The notes under the pieces are model-generated. The model was not told where the DNA came from. It saw only the letters and a list, made by a program, of their open reading frames with translations, and did not search any database. A program made the position numbers and the translations under genes. Positions 52,930-64,000 of a stretch of DNA of 64,000 nt are shown here, piece by piece. Within the stretch, counting starts at the first letter, position 1. Each line of letters starts with the position of its first letter. The stretch comes from Eledone cirrhosa (lineage: Eukaryota), in assembly GCA_964016885.1 (NCBI GenBank), contig OZ024742.1, positions 345,960,001 through 346,024,000 of the forward strand. The letters are read 5' to 3'.

Positions 52930-53680
52930 TATATTTTTTTTTTAAGGCGGGTAAAATTCCCGAGATCAATGGACGAGTTCTCTCCAGCGGTCTCTGTCCC
53001 TCATTATCGCTGCCATGTCCTGCGTCTCCAACAGACCAGTGTCTGTCCTTAGGGCATCAACATACGTTAACTTTGGTCTTCCTCTTCTAGTGTGTCCATG
53101 TAGGGGCTCCCAAAGGAGCACTGAGTGCAATGTCAACTCTGGATGTCGGTGAGCATGTCCAGCTAACCTCAGTCTCCGCTGTGTCACTTTTTAGCTGACT
53201 TTTGGGATGCTCCCATACAGCTCTGAGTTTTTCATCCTCAGTGTATACTGATTAATGTTCAGAGCCATCCTCAGCATTCTCGTGTAGTACCCATCCACCA
53301 TCTGAGTGAGTTTCTTGGTCAGTGTCCAAGTCTCAGACCCATACAGCAACACACACTCCACTACAGCAATGCCGACGACATAGTTTTGGTGACAAATACA
53401 GTGAAGGAGGCAGAGGATTTGATGCGGGAGGTTGAGACTGTGTCGATGAGTGTGGGGCTGACAATGAATGAGACTAAAACAAAATATCTGGTAGAGAATG
53501 TTGAGAAGCCAGAGGGGATCACTAATGTAGGCGGGAAGCCGCTAGAATTGGTGGAGGGCTCCCTGTATTTGGGAGCAAAGATTGGGAATACGGAAGATGA
53601 TGTGGTTGAGAGGAAGAGCCACAACTTGAGATCGGTGTGGAAGTCGGATATTCGTAGAGACCTGAACATTCGCCACTTCA
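52930..53680 (-). mobile_element. RTE-like LINE with a 5' inversion (3' part 52930-53363 on -, RT part 53364-53680 on +)
   Basis: - strand: LLYGSETWT, RRLRLAGH, RGRPKLTYVD, A-tail; + strand: ADDI, VGLTMNETKT, LYLG. Confidence 0.8.
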
Positions 53681-53711
53681 TATATATATATAAATATATA
53701 TACTCTCTCTC

Positions 53712-53786
<75 letters not shown>

Positions 53787-53984
53787 ATATATATAATGTA
53801 GAAAGCCTTTTATAGGCCTAGAATTGTTTCATTCCGGAGAAATCATCATTAAATATTTATACCCTGCTTTGTATTGAGTACCTTACTTACTGCTATTACT
53901 CCCGATTGAACCCGGGATAAACTTATATATATATATACTCACTCTCTCTCTCTCTCGCCCTCACTCTCTTTCTCTTTCTGTGTT

Positions 53985-54037
<53 letters not shown>

Positions 54038-54153
54038 GTTTTGAATATGTATAATAAAGCCAAAACAATGCAGGTATGGACATAGAAAAAAGAATGCAAT
54101 TGCAAAAGATATTGTTGACAATTCGTCCTTTACCTTAGATTTATTTTAAACGT

Positions 54154-54188
54154 CCTTAATTTTCGAGATAATATCTCTTCTTCAGAGG
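54154..54188 (-). ncRNA. Minimal type-I HHR in the inverted pLTR
   Basis: cct-CUGAAGA-a-gagata/tatctc-GAAA-at-UA-agg. Confidence 0.75.
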
Positions 54189-55010
54189 GAAATAAAGGTC
54201 TCAAACCAGCGTTCTAAATATCTTGCCAAACCATGCTGACAGGAAATAGTATAGAGGATCTGTTCTGTCTCTAATGTCAAAGAGTTAAAATTAGGTGGAT
54301 AACGAGTGGTCTCCCTTTAAAAGGGGTTTGTTTAGGGTTTTTTTGTTATATACATGCCTGTTTAAGTGAGTGGGAGAATGCATGAAGGTGTAAGTATGTG
54401 AGTGTGTGTGTGTGAGTGTGAGAAGATAAGTCTATTCGTAAATGTGGGGGATAGGTGTTATCTGGTGTTAGAACTGGTTTTGTGTGTGTATGTGTGAGAG
54501 AGAATAAGTGGAGGTGTAAGCGTGTGTGTGTGTGCGTGCGTGTGTGTGTATGGGGTGTGTAAATATGGGGCTAGAAGCCCTATCAGGTTATAAATTGGGT
54601 GTTGAGTTCTAGTCTATTATTGATAGGTGGTTGTGTTTTATCTATAATTAGTGCTTCCTTAATTCTAAGATTGCCGAGGTTTCTTTACTTAGTTTCTATC
54701 CTAACTGTTATGGTTTTGTCGGTGTTTTTGCATTTAACTAGGTGTTTCTTAAATGAGGAAGCGTTAGTATTGAGGTGTTCTTTTATTCTTATGTGGAGTG
54801 GTCTGGTGGTGCTACCTACGTAGAAGTTGTTGCATTTGTCACACTCTAGTCTGTATACGACGTAAGCCTGGTGGCATAGGTCTGTGTCGTTGATGGGGCA
54901 GTTGGCTAGTCTGCAGCAGTTGTCATGTCTGGTGGAGTGTCTTTTGGCTAGCTGTCCGCGCAGAGAAGGACCTGAGTGGGCCAGTTGGATATCTAGTCCT
55001 TCTCGTCATA

Positions 55011-56498
55011 TTGAAACAGAGACTGGACGACAAACTATGGCTCGACATAGAAACGAATTTCTGTCGGGCTGCCTACCAACTAAAATGGATATCGACTCTC
55101 GGCAACAACACCACGGAATCTATCAAACCCAGATTCCCGATATACCAACTTGATCGCCCACTCTGTCCACCGCCTGCCAACCGCGAGCTTGAAGAAAAAC
55201 TCTCGAGACTAAAACATTCCGTATTTAACATCTTACGGAAACAGAAGAAGATAGCCCCAAACCTCTCCAGGACACAACAACTCGCCCTGAAGAACCTACG
55301 GAATAGGGAACTTATATACTTACCATCCGACAAAGGTAAAGAGTTTTGCGTCATCTCTCAAGCCACATACAATAACCTAGCCTTTGAACACCTAACCGAC
55401 AATGAATTATACACAGAGATCCCGGACATGACTGCAGCCCAGATCGAAAAACAGACCAACTCCATTTGGTTCGATATCTGTAGGAGAAGACAACTCCCAA
55501 ATAAAGCTAAGCTCAACTACACCACTAGAAATAGCAGACTGCCCACTTTCTACCACCTCATCAAGACCCACAAGAATAGCACTAAGACGCAAATAAGACC
55601 CATCGTCTCTAGCATAGAAGGACCCCTATACAAAATTTCCTGGCTCCTCTCCCAGGTGCTCAAGCCTCTACTCTCCACCTTTCCCGGGCATGTCAGTAGC
55701 TCCGACGAAGTTATACGTAGACTACACCAACTCCAGCCAGAACAACTTAAACTAAATAAATACGCTTTTAGCCTCGACGTTGTCTCACTCTACACTACAG
55801 TCCCCGCTCATCCAGCTGTCGATTTATTGACGGACTACGTGGTCGCAGAGGACATCCACTGCTACGGCCTCCACCCGACGGACATACACCAGCTTTTGTC
55901 CTTCACAGTAGACAACACGTACTTCACCTTCCACCACCACACATACAGACAGACAACAGGATTACCCATGGGATCCAGCTTATCGGGCCTGCTGGCCATC
56001 ACCTACATGAACCAGCTAGAATGCCGAGACCTCAACAACTGCCATTCCCATGCCTTCTTCACCCGATATGTAGATGACATACTCATCCTCACATCATCCC
56101 GTGAGGAGGCAGATAAAATATACACAACATTCTCCAGCATGAACGCCAGTATAAAGTTCAGCATGGAACACCCCGATGACCGCGGATCCCTATCCCTACT
56201 GGACTTCCAACTCAGGGTAACAGAGGAAGGCAACATCCACACCTGCTTCTATAAAAAAGCCGCCAGCAAGGACCTGTTCGTACATTTCAGATCGGCCCTC
56301 CCACTCGGTGCCAAATTCGGATACATAAGGAACGAACTGGCACGTATCCGTAACAAATGCACCGACGCTAGAGACCCAGAAACACACACCACACATTTCC
56401 TGGAAGTACTCAAACCGAACGGATACACGACATCCACCACAAACCGTGCCAGAAAGAACAGAGGACACCACACCGAGGCACTAACACTTGCTTCCTGA
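55011..56498 (+). pseudogene. PLE reverse transcriptase, 5'-truncated, frameshifted from the GIY-YIG domain (~56490-56960)
   Basis: PSDKG, KTHK, RPIVS, SLDVVSLYT, QTTGLPMGSSLS, RYVDD, LSLLD. Confidence 0.92.
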
Positions 56499-57353
56499 AG
56501 CTCCCACACTTCAATGAAGAAACAACAACAGCCATCTGCAGAGCCATCAGACGAGAAGGACTAGATATCCAACTGGCCCACTCAGGTCCTTCTCTGCGCG
56601 GACAGCTAGCCAAAAGACACTCCACCAGACATGACAACTGCTGCAGACTAGCCAACTGCCCCATCAACGACACAGACCTATGCCACCAGGCTTACGTCGT
56701 ATACAGACTAGAGTGTGACAAATGCAACAACTTCTACGTAGGTAGCACCACCAGACCACTCCACATAAGAATAAAAGAACACCTCAATACTAACGCTTCC
56801 TCATTTAAGAAACACCTAGTTAAATGCAAAAACACCGACAAAACCATAACAGTTAGGATAGAAACTAAGGAAAGAGACCTCGGCAATCTTAGAATTGAGG
56901 AAGCACTAATTATAGATAAAACACAACCACCTATCAATAATAGACTAGAACTCAACACCCAATTTATAACCTGATAGGGCTTCTAGCCCCATATTTATAC
57001 ACCCCATACACACACACACACGCTTACACCTCCACTTATTCTCTCTCACACATACACACACAAAACCAGTTCTAACACCAGATAACATCTATCCCCCACA
57101 TTTACGAATAGACTTATCTTCTCACACTCACACACACACACTCACATACTTACACCTTCATGCATTCTCCCACACACTTAAACAGGCATGTATATAAAAA
57201 AAAAACCTAAACAAACCCCTTTTAAAGGGAGACTACTCTTTATCCACCTAATTTTAACTCTTTGACATTAGAGATAGAACAGATACTCTATACTATTTCC
57301 TGTCAGCATGGCTTGGAAAGATATTTAGAACGCTGGTTTGAGACATTTATTTC

Positions 57354-57388
57354 CCTCTGAAGAAGAGATATTATCTCGGAAATTAAGG
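57354..57388 (+). ncRNA. Minimal type-I HHR in the 3' pLTR (GAAA mutated to GGAA)
   Basis: cctctgaagaagagatattatctcggaaattaagg. Confidence 0.65.
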
Positions 57389-57551
57389 ACGTTTAAAATA
57401 AATCTAAGGTAAAAGACGAATTGTCAACAATATCTTTTGCAATTGCATTCTTTTTTCTATGTCCATACCTGCATTGTTTTGGCTTTATTATACATATTCA
57501 AACGTTTATACCTCATTACACAATGCTTCAAGTGAACTATAACCTCCTCCA

Positions 57552-57585
<34 letters not shown>

Positions 57586-58099
57586 TTTGCTTATAGTCAT
57601 TTACCTGCTCCAGTTATCTGGCTGAGGCCATGTTGAGGCATCGCCCTTGTAAAAATTATGGAACGCTTCACGAATTTGCTTGTACGTGCGTATGTGTGTG
57701 CGAGCATATGTGTATGTGTGTACGTGTATGTGTATGTGTGTCTGTTTATGTGTATGCGTGCGTATGCGTTTCTGGGTATGTATCTGTGTGTGTGGCTGCA
57801 TTTGTGGATGAGAGTGTATATACATGTATAAACGAATATCTGAAATATTAGCGCTGTTCTTTATTTTCGATATATCATCATTATTGCACTGTTGATAGCA
57901 TCTTTGCTGTGTGAAGAAAGAGATAAGCAGTCGCCACGTTTGAAGGACATATGCAGAGATATCTCTACAGTTGGTAGATGAGAGGAGTTGAATAATAGAC
58001 TTCAAGAAAGTATTGGAAGATAAGACTATAAATCTGTTTGATGAGAAGAACAAAAATAGTTAGAAATAAAAGTGTAGTCTTTCTGAGGAAGATACTAAG

Positions 58100-58760
58100 A
58101 TAATAATTGTTTCTACTTTGGGCACAAGGCTAGCAATTAACCAGTACACTGGTACTTTATTTTATCGAACCCGTAAGGATGAAAGGCAAAGTTGACCTCG
58201 GCGGGATTTGAACTCAGAATGGAAAGGGCCGTAATTCTATGCGTCAAAGCATGACGTCCGACCCTCTACCGATACTGCCAATCCACTAATAATGGTTTCT
58301 GATTTAGATCAGCACCAGTGCATTACTGGTACTTTATTATATCGACCCCATAAGGCAAAGCTAACATTGGTGGGATTTGAACTCAGAACGTAAAGGGCCG
58401 TAATAATGGGTTTTGATTTAGGCACAATGCCAACAATTTGGGGAGAGGGAATAGTCGATTAAACCGACCTCAGTCTATTGCTAGTACTTTATTTTATCGA
58501 CCCTGTAAGGATGAAAGGCAAAGTTAACCTCGACGGGATTTGAACTCAGAACGTAAAGGGCCGTAATAATTGTTTCTAATGTTGGCACTAGGCCAGCAAT
58601 TATCCCAGTGTATTACTGGTACATTATTTTATCGACCCCGTAAGGATGAAAGGCAAAGTTAACCTCGGTGGGATTTGAACTCAGATCATTAAGGGCCGTA
58701 ACTCTTTGCTACAAAGCATGGCGTCCGACCCTCTACCGATACTGCCAATCCACCGTAATA
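58100..58760 (-). mobile_element. Tandem cluster of four Nin/Deu-domain SINE copies
   Basis: gtactttattttatcgacccc..gggatttgaactcaga repeated four times, joined at (TAA) tails. Confidence 0.8.
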
Positions 58761-58862
58761 ATGAAACACGAAGGTAGGGTAGGAATGAGAGCATTGTATG
58801 TATATATGTATGTATGTATATATGTATGTATATATGTATGTATGTATATATGCATATATGTA

Positions 58863-58936
<74 letters not shown>

Positions 58937-58962
58937 CACATATATATATACACATATATATG

Positions 58963-58993
<31 letters not shown>

Positions 58994-59087
58994 TATGTGT
59001 GTGTGTGTATGTATATATGTATGTATATATATATATGCGTATGTATGTATGTATGTATGTATGTATGTATGTATGTATGTATGTATG

Positions 59088-59692
59088 TCAGGTCACCAGT
59101 TGGTGCTACTGGTAACATGTATCCCAGTACAACCTGTCTAATGGTCGGGTCGTTGGAGACTAAACTGGCAACTCCACCAAGGTTTCTTGGAGAGGAGGGT
59201 GACTTTGAACATCCTGCAGGATTAAAAACAAAAGCTGTCAAAGGGCAAAGGAGCTCTTAAAAGTCAATGGCCATCCAAAATCACCGGGAGAGATGACCCC
59301 TTAGCCTTTGTCAAGGCAGAATTCTAGGAGAAGGAAAACTCTGATATAACACCTGCAACCCTGATGGTATCCAATGATGTTGACTTGTTCTTCTTTTTGG
59401 TAAATATCATCTTGGTTAAGAGAGTGGGACTGGCTTTGTGCAGTGCCTTTGCTCACTATAAAAGCTTCACAGCACAGGCATTGCTTTATATCTGGAGATC
59501 TCTCTGCACTTGTCGTCACATGGTACCATGGGCCCAGCACTATGTGTCAATAATTGTCACAAGTGTAGTGTTTGTACCAGAGTTTTCAAGTCGCTGGCTG
59601 GACTGAAAAGTCACTCGTTCAGCGCATCGGTAGGGGTTCTCCTACATGGATATAAAGTAGTGGCCGTACTCGAAAACGAGTTGGCAGCCACC
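59088..59692 (+). mobile_element. ~607-bp RTE-derived non-autonomous element, copy 3
   Basis: Near-identical to 10128-10734. Confidence 0.85.
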
Positions 59693-59754
<62 letters not shown>

Positions 59755-60539
59755 ATATGTATGTAATTATATATATATGTACGTATATATGTATGTATGT
59801 ATGTATGTTCTTCTGGTTTTATAATTTCACAAATTTTTTCCAATAGAGAGAGTCGGTTTCTAACATAGACACAAGACTCTCATTGGAATTTACACAACAT
59901 TAACTAGGTAGATATGTATGCATGTGTGCATGCATGTGTGTGCAGGTATCGATGTTATTGTATGTGTGGATGTGTATGGTTTGAGTTGTATATGTGCATG
60001 TGTATACGCTTTGTATCTGTACATGTGTATATACAGTTATTAGATGCAAAATGTATGTATGTATGTATGTTTAACCGCGCAATCGGGTATCCAGCCCGAC
60101 TATTTCTATGTCCACCCACATATACATACGCATGCACGCATGAATATACATATATACATATACATACCTATGAACATGAGTATATACATATTTACACATT
60201 TTTGGATAGTCGTTGACTCTTATGAATTCTTCCGCCCCTTGTCAGGTTTTGTTTTTTGTCCTGCAGGGTGTCCAAAATCAACCTCCTTACTGGGAGTGAA
60301 GGACGCCTAGCCTTTGTTAGGACATTCTTCTAAGAGAAGGCAACTCAGGGAACTGGGATAACTCCGATATAAAACCTGCGGCTCAGTAGTAACTGATGAT
60401 GTTGATCTTTTCTTCTTTTCGGGTTATAGCTACTGTCGCTCACAGAGTGGGATTGGCTCAGTGCACAGGCTTTCCTCACTTTAAAAAGATCTTCACGCGC
60501 AAGTATTGCACGATAGAATTAATTAATAATTATTGATAA

Positions 60540-61659
60540 TGTAAGTATGTATACATACATAAAGATTTGTATACAGACGTTCAGTACTATGTATATATAT
60601 ACATACATGCACACATATATATATATGTACGTATAGGTTTACCGAACATTTATTATAATGTTCGGTTTGTTTGTAAACAAACAGCCCGAAAAAAGCCTTA
60701 ACGGTTGGAGCTTCCTGGATAGTATTTACTCCACAAACTGTTGAGTGCTTTATATAAGTTATAAAATGTTTAAGCTTGCTGAATCCCAACAAATTAAATA
60801 TAACCTCTGCATATATATATATAAAAATATATATATATATAAATGGAAAAAATGAAACGAAATTTCATTTCTCACTCTTAGTACGGCTGTTACTTAAATA
60901 TAAGTATGTATACGTACATACATATATGTATACAGACATTAGTATGTATATATATACATACATGCACATATATATATATGTACGTATGGATTTACCGAAC
61001 ATTTATTATAATGCTCGGCTTGTTTGTAAACAAACAAACACCACGAATTAAGCCGTTCAGTGTTCGGCAACCAGCGTTGCCCTTTTGTTCAACACTGACA
61101 AAGGAGCGTTGTCAGTGATGAACAAAAGGGCAACGATGGTTGCCGAACACTGTACGGCTTAATTCGGGGTGTTTGTTTGTTGACAAACTGAACATTATAA
61201 TAGCTGTTCGGTAAACCCATACGTACATACATATATGTGTGCATGTATCTATATATATACATTCTACTGTACGTCTGTATACATATATATATGTACGTAT
61301 ACATACATACTTATATTTAAGTATCAGCCGTACTAAGAGTGAGAAATGAAATTTCGTTTCATTCTTTTCCATTTATCGTTTTCGCTACGGCCAGCCGACT
61401 AACTCACTCGATATGCAAATTAAGCTGCTCAGCCGTTAATATGCATAAGGAAAGTATATACTTTCAAACGCTCAATCATCTGACAGGATGGTATACGATG
61501 CTGACGATAGCTAATAAGCTTGAAACTAGTTCATCGTTCCTTTGTCAGTGTTGAACAAAAGGGTAACGATGGTTGCCGAACATTGTACGCCTTAATTCAG
61601 GCTGTTTGTTTCTTTACAAACAAACGGAACATTATAATAAATGTTCGGTAAACCCATAC

Positions 61660-61704
<45 letters not shown>

Positions 61705-61830
61705 CATGTATGTATATATATATATATACATACTACTGTACGTCTGTATATATATATGTATGTCAGTATACATACTTATATTTAGTATCAACTGTACTAA
61801 GAGTGAGAAATGAAATTTCGTTTCATTCTT
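60540..61830 (+). mobile_element. Diverged member of the 466-bp retrozyme-like family (inverted arm 60840-61105 + ~1.5 tandem units)
   Basis: Shares ctaagagtgagaaatgaaatttcg, gctgctcagccgttaat and aaggaaagtatatactttc; HHR present. Confidence 0.8.
61495..61537 (+). ncRNA. Type-I HHR of the diverged family member
   Basis: acgatg-CUGACGA-t-agct(aata)agct-t-GAAA-ctag-UU-catcgt. Confidence 0.85.
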
Positions 61831-62119
61831 TTATATTAATAATGTTATATCGTGCAATGGCCATACTCGATAACGAGGAGGCAGACATCATGCATGGATG
61901 CATGTATGTATGTATGTACGTATGTACCCGTAGCTGCTTGTGGATTCGCGCGCGCGTGTGTGTGTGTGAAGCGGGAGGAGGGCGTCGTGTATACGGCGTC
62001 GTGTCTTGGGCACCTTAAACATGGCGGATCCCATCCCCTCTCCATATCGGAACATAGCCGATTTGTTCCATAGAAGGAGAGAGAATGATAAAGAAGTGAG
62101 AGATATAGAGGATGGACCG

Positions 62120-62275
62120 ACCCCAGTACTATACTGGTACTTTTTTATTTATCAAACTCGAAAGGATGAAAGGCAAAGTTGACCTCGATGGGATTTGAAC
62201 TCAAAACACACAGAGCCAGAAGGAATACCAGCAAACATTATATCGGACCTTCTAACGAATCCGCTAATTTGCCGT
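62120..62275 (-). mobile_element. Degenerate Nin/Deu-domain SINE
   Basis: aaaggatgaaaggcaaagttgacctcgatgggatttgaactc. Confidence 0.65.
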
Positions 62276-63219
62276 ACGGAGAACATTGAGTAACATGTTA
62301 TGAAGTGTTAAGCTGAAGAGAAAAGAAAAAGATATAAATGTGTTGGATCTCCATCGGTTGCGATAATGACTGTTTCAGTTTTTTCGAACAACGGAAAACC
62401 TGTTTGTAAAATTAACTTGAATGTGACTCAGCATTCTACAGACACGTGTACCCTTAATACAGATCTCAGGGAGATTCAGCATTTCACCGCATGTGACGAA
62501 AGTGGTCCTTTAAATTACAAGTAAATCCAATTATTTTTTTGCCAGCTGAGTGGACTTGAATAATGTGAAAGGAAGTATTACGTTCAAGGATGACACAATG
62601 CGGCACTGGGAATCGAACTCACGACTTTACTATAGTGAGCCGATTACACTAACCATTAAACCACCCGTCTTTACATAGATAAAAGTTTTACATACATGTA
62701 AAGAGGGGATTGAGAAAGGAGGAAATAGAAAACGATACAAGAATATTTGAAAGTGTGTTGTGATGAACTGAAAACTGGGAAGAAGCCTTTAGAGATGAAG
62801 GTTATAAAGAAAACTGCAGGGTGCTATTGAATCTTGCTACTGAATCTGGTTCTCATAAGATGTTAGAGATAAACCGAAAAACTCGTGCAGTGAGAAATGT
62901 CGATTTGCTTCAGAGATTATTAAATAATGTTTTCCAGTAGTTTTAAGCCGGGAAATTAAATCAGAATTCGATAATTCTGGCCTAAATGGTTATAGTAATC
63001 ATCACTGTGTTGGAGGAGACAGGTGGCTTAGTGGTTACGGCATACAGTTTATATATATTTATATCTGTGGAGGAGACAGGTGGCTTTAATTGAACCGAGA
63101 GTATGTGAAAAAAGACTTGCTCAACATATGGCAGTGTATTTGAACTCTAGACCACGAAATTGCGAAGTTAATATCTCAAACACACAGCCAATACTGCCTG
63201 CTACCAGCCATGCCTGAGA

Positions 63220-63873
63220 CCTGCTAGAACTGCACTTTGCTAGAACTGGACCATGCTAGAACTGCTCTCAGCTAGAACTGCTATCTGCCAGAACTGTACC
63301 CTGCTAGAACTGCTCTCTGCTAGAACTGCTCTCTGCTAGAACTGCTCTCTGCTATAACTGCTCTCTGTTAGAACTGTTCTCTGCCAGAACTGCACCCTGC
63401 TAGAACTGCTCTCTGCTTGAACTGCTCTCTGCTAGAACTGCACCCTGCTGGAACTGCTCTCTGCTAGAACTGCACCCTGCTAGAACTGCTCTCAGCTAGA
63501 ACTGCTCTCTGCTTGAACTGCTCTCTGCTAGAACTGCACCCTGCTAGAACTGCTCTCTGCTAGAACTGCTCTCTGCTAGAACTGCACCCTGCTAGAACTT
63601 CTCTCAGCTCGAACTGCTCTCTGCCAGAACTGCACCCTGCTAGAACTGCTCTCTGCCAGAACTGCACCCTGCTAGAACTGCTCTATGCGTGAACTGCTCT
63701 CTGCTAGAACTGCTCTCTGCTAGAACTGCTCTCTGCTTGAACTGCTCTCTGCTAGAACTGCACCCTGCCAGAACTGCACCCTGCTAGAACTAGTCTCTGT
63801 TAGAACTGCTCTCTGCCAGAACTGCACCCTGCTAGAACTGCTCTCTGCTAGAACTGCTCTCTGTTAGAACTGC
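63220..63873. repeat. 16-bp minisatellite (ctgctagaactgctct / ctgctagaactgcacc)
   Basis: Direct reading, ~40 units. Confidence 0.95.
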
Positions 63874-64000
63874 GGTGGTAGTGGTGGTGGTGGGGGGGGG
63901 GGGGGGGTAGTAATGGTGGTGGTGGTGGTGGTGGTGGTGGTGGTGGTGGTAGTGTTGGTGATGGTGGCGGTGGTGGTGGTGGTAGTGGTGGTGGTGGTGG
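63874..64000. repeat. (GGT)n microsatellite with a poly-G run
   Basis: Direct reading. Confidence 0.95.

Larger units (their letters stand above)
54033..57545 (+). mobile_element. Penelope-like element with an inverted 5' duplication of its 3' end (54033-55007 = reverse complement of 56550-57507)
   Basis: 495-aa RT ORF; GIY-YIG (VVYRLECDKC..FYVGSTTRPLH.RIKEH); HHR in both pLTR copies; (TA)n flanks. Confidence 0.93.

Overview
Repeat-saturated animal genomic DNA with no recognisable host gene, rRNA or intact tRNA. The SINE families and extreme (TA)n/(TGTA)n content suggest a coleoid cephalopod, octopus-like (inference). The window holds decayed Tx1/L1-type LINEs, fragments of R4/Dong-, RTE- and CRE-type LINEs, three Penelope-like elements (PLEs) of different types, a Chapaev3-type DNA transposon with intact TIRs and TTA TSD, non-autonomous Helitrons, SINEs and satellites. 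The most striking unannotated signal is about 30 type-I hammerhead-ribozyme (HHR) motifs, intact and degenerate, read by eye. They fall into roughly a dozen unrelated sequence families, mostly sit in small non-coding units inserted in (TA)n, and are often arranged as fold-back palindromes. The clearest case is a near-identical 466-bp tandem array (23785-26392) with one HHR per unit and an inverted terminal copy, as expected for a retrozyme-like element reverse-transcribed from a circular RNA by PLE machinery. All structures were folded manually. Boundaries are approximate unless a TSD or terminal motif is given.
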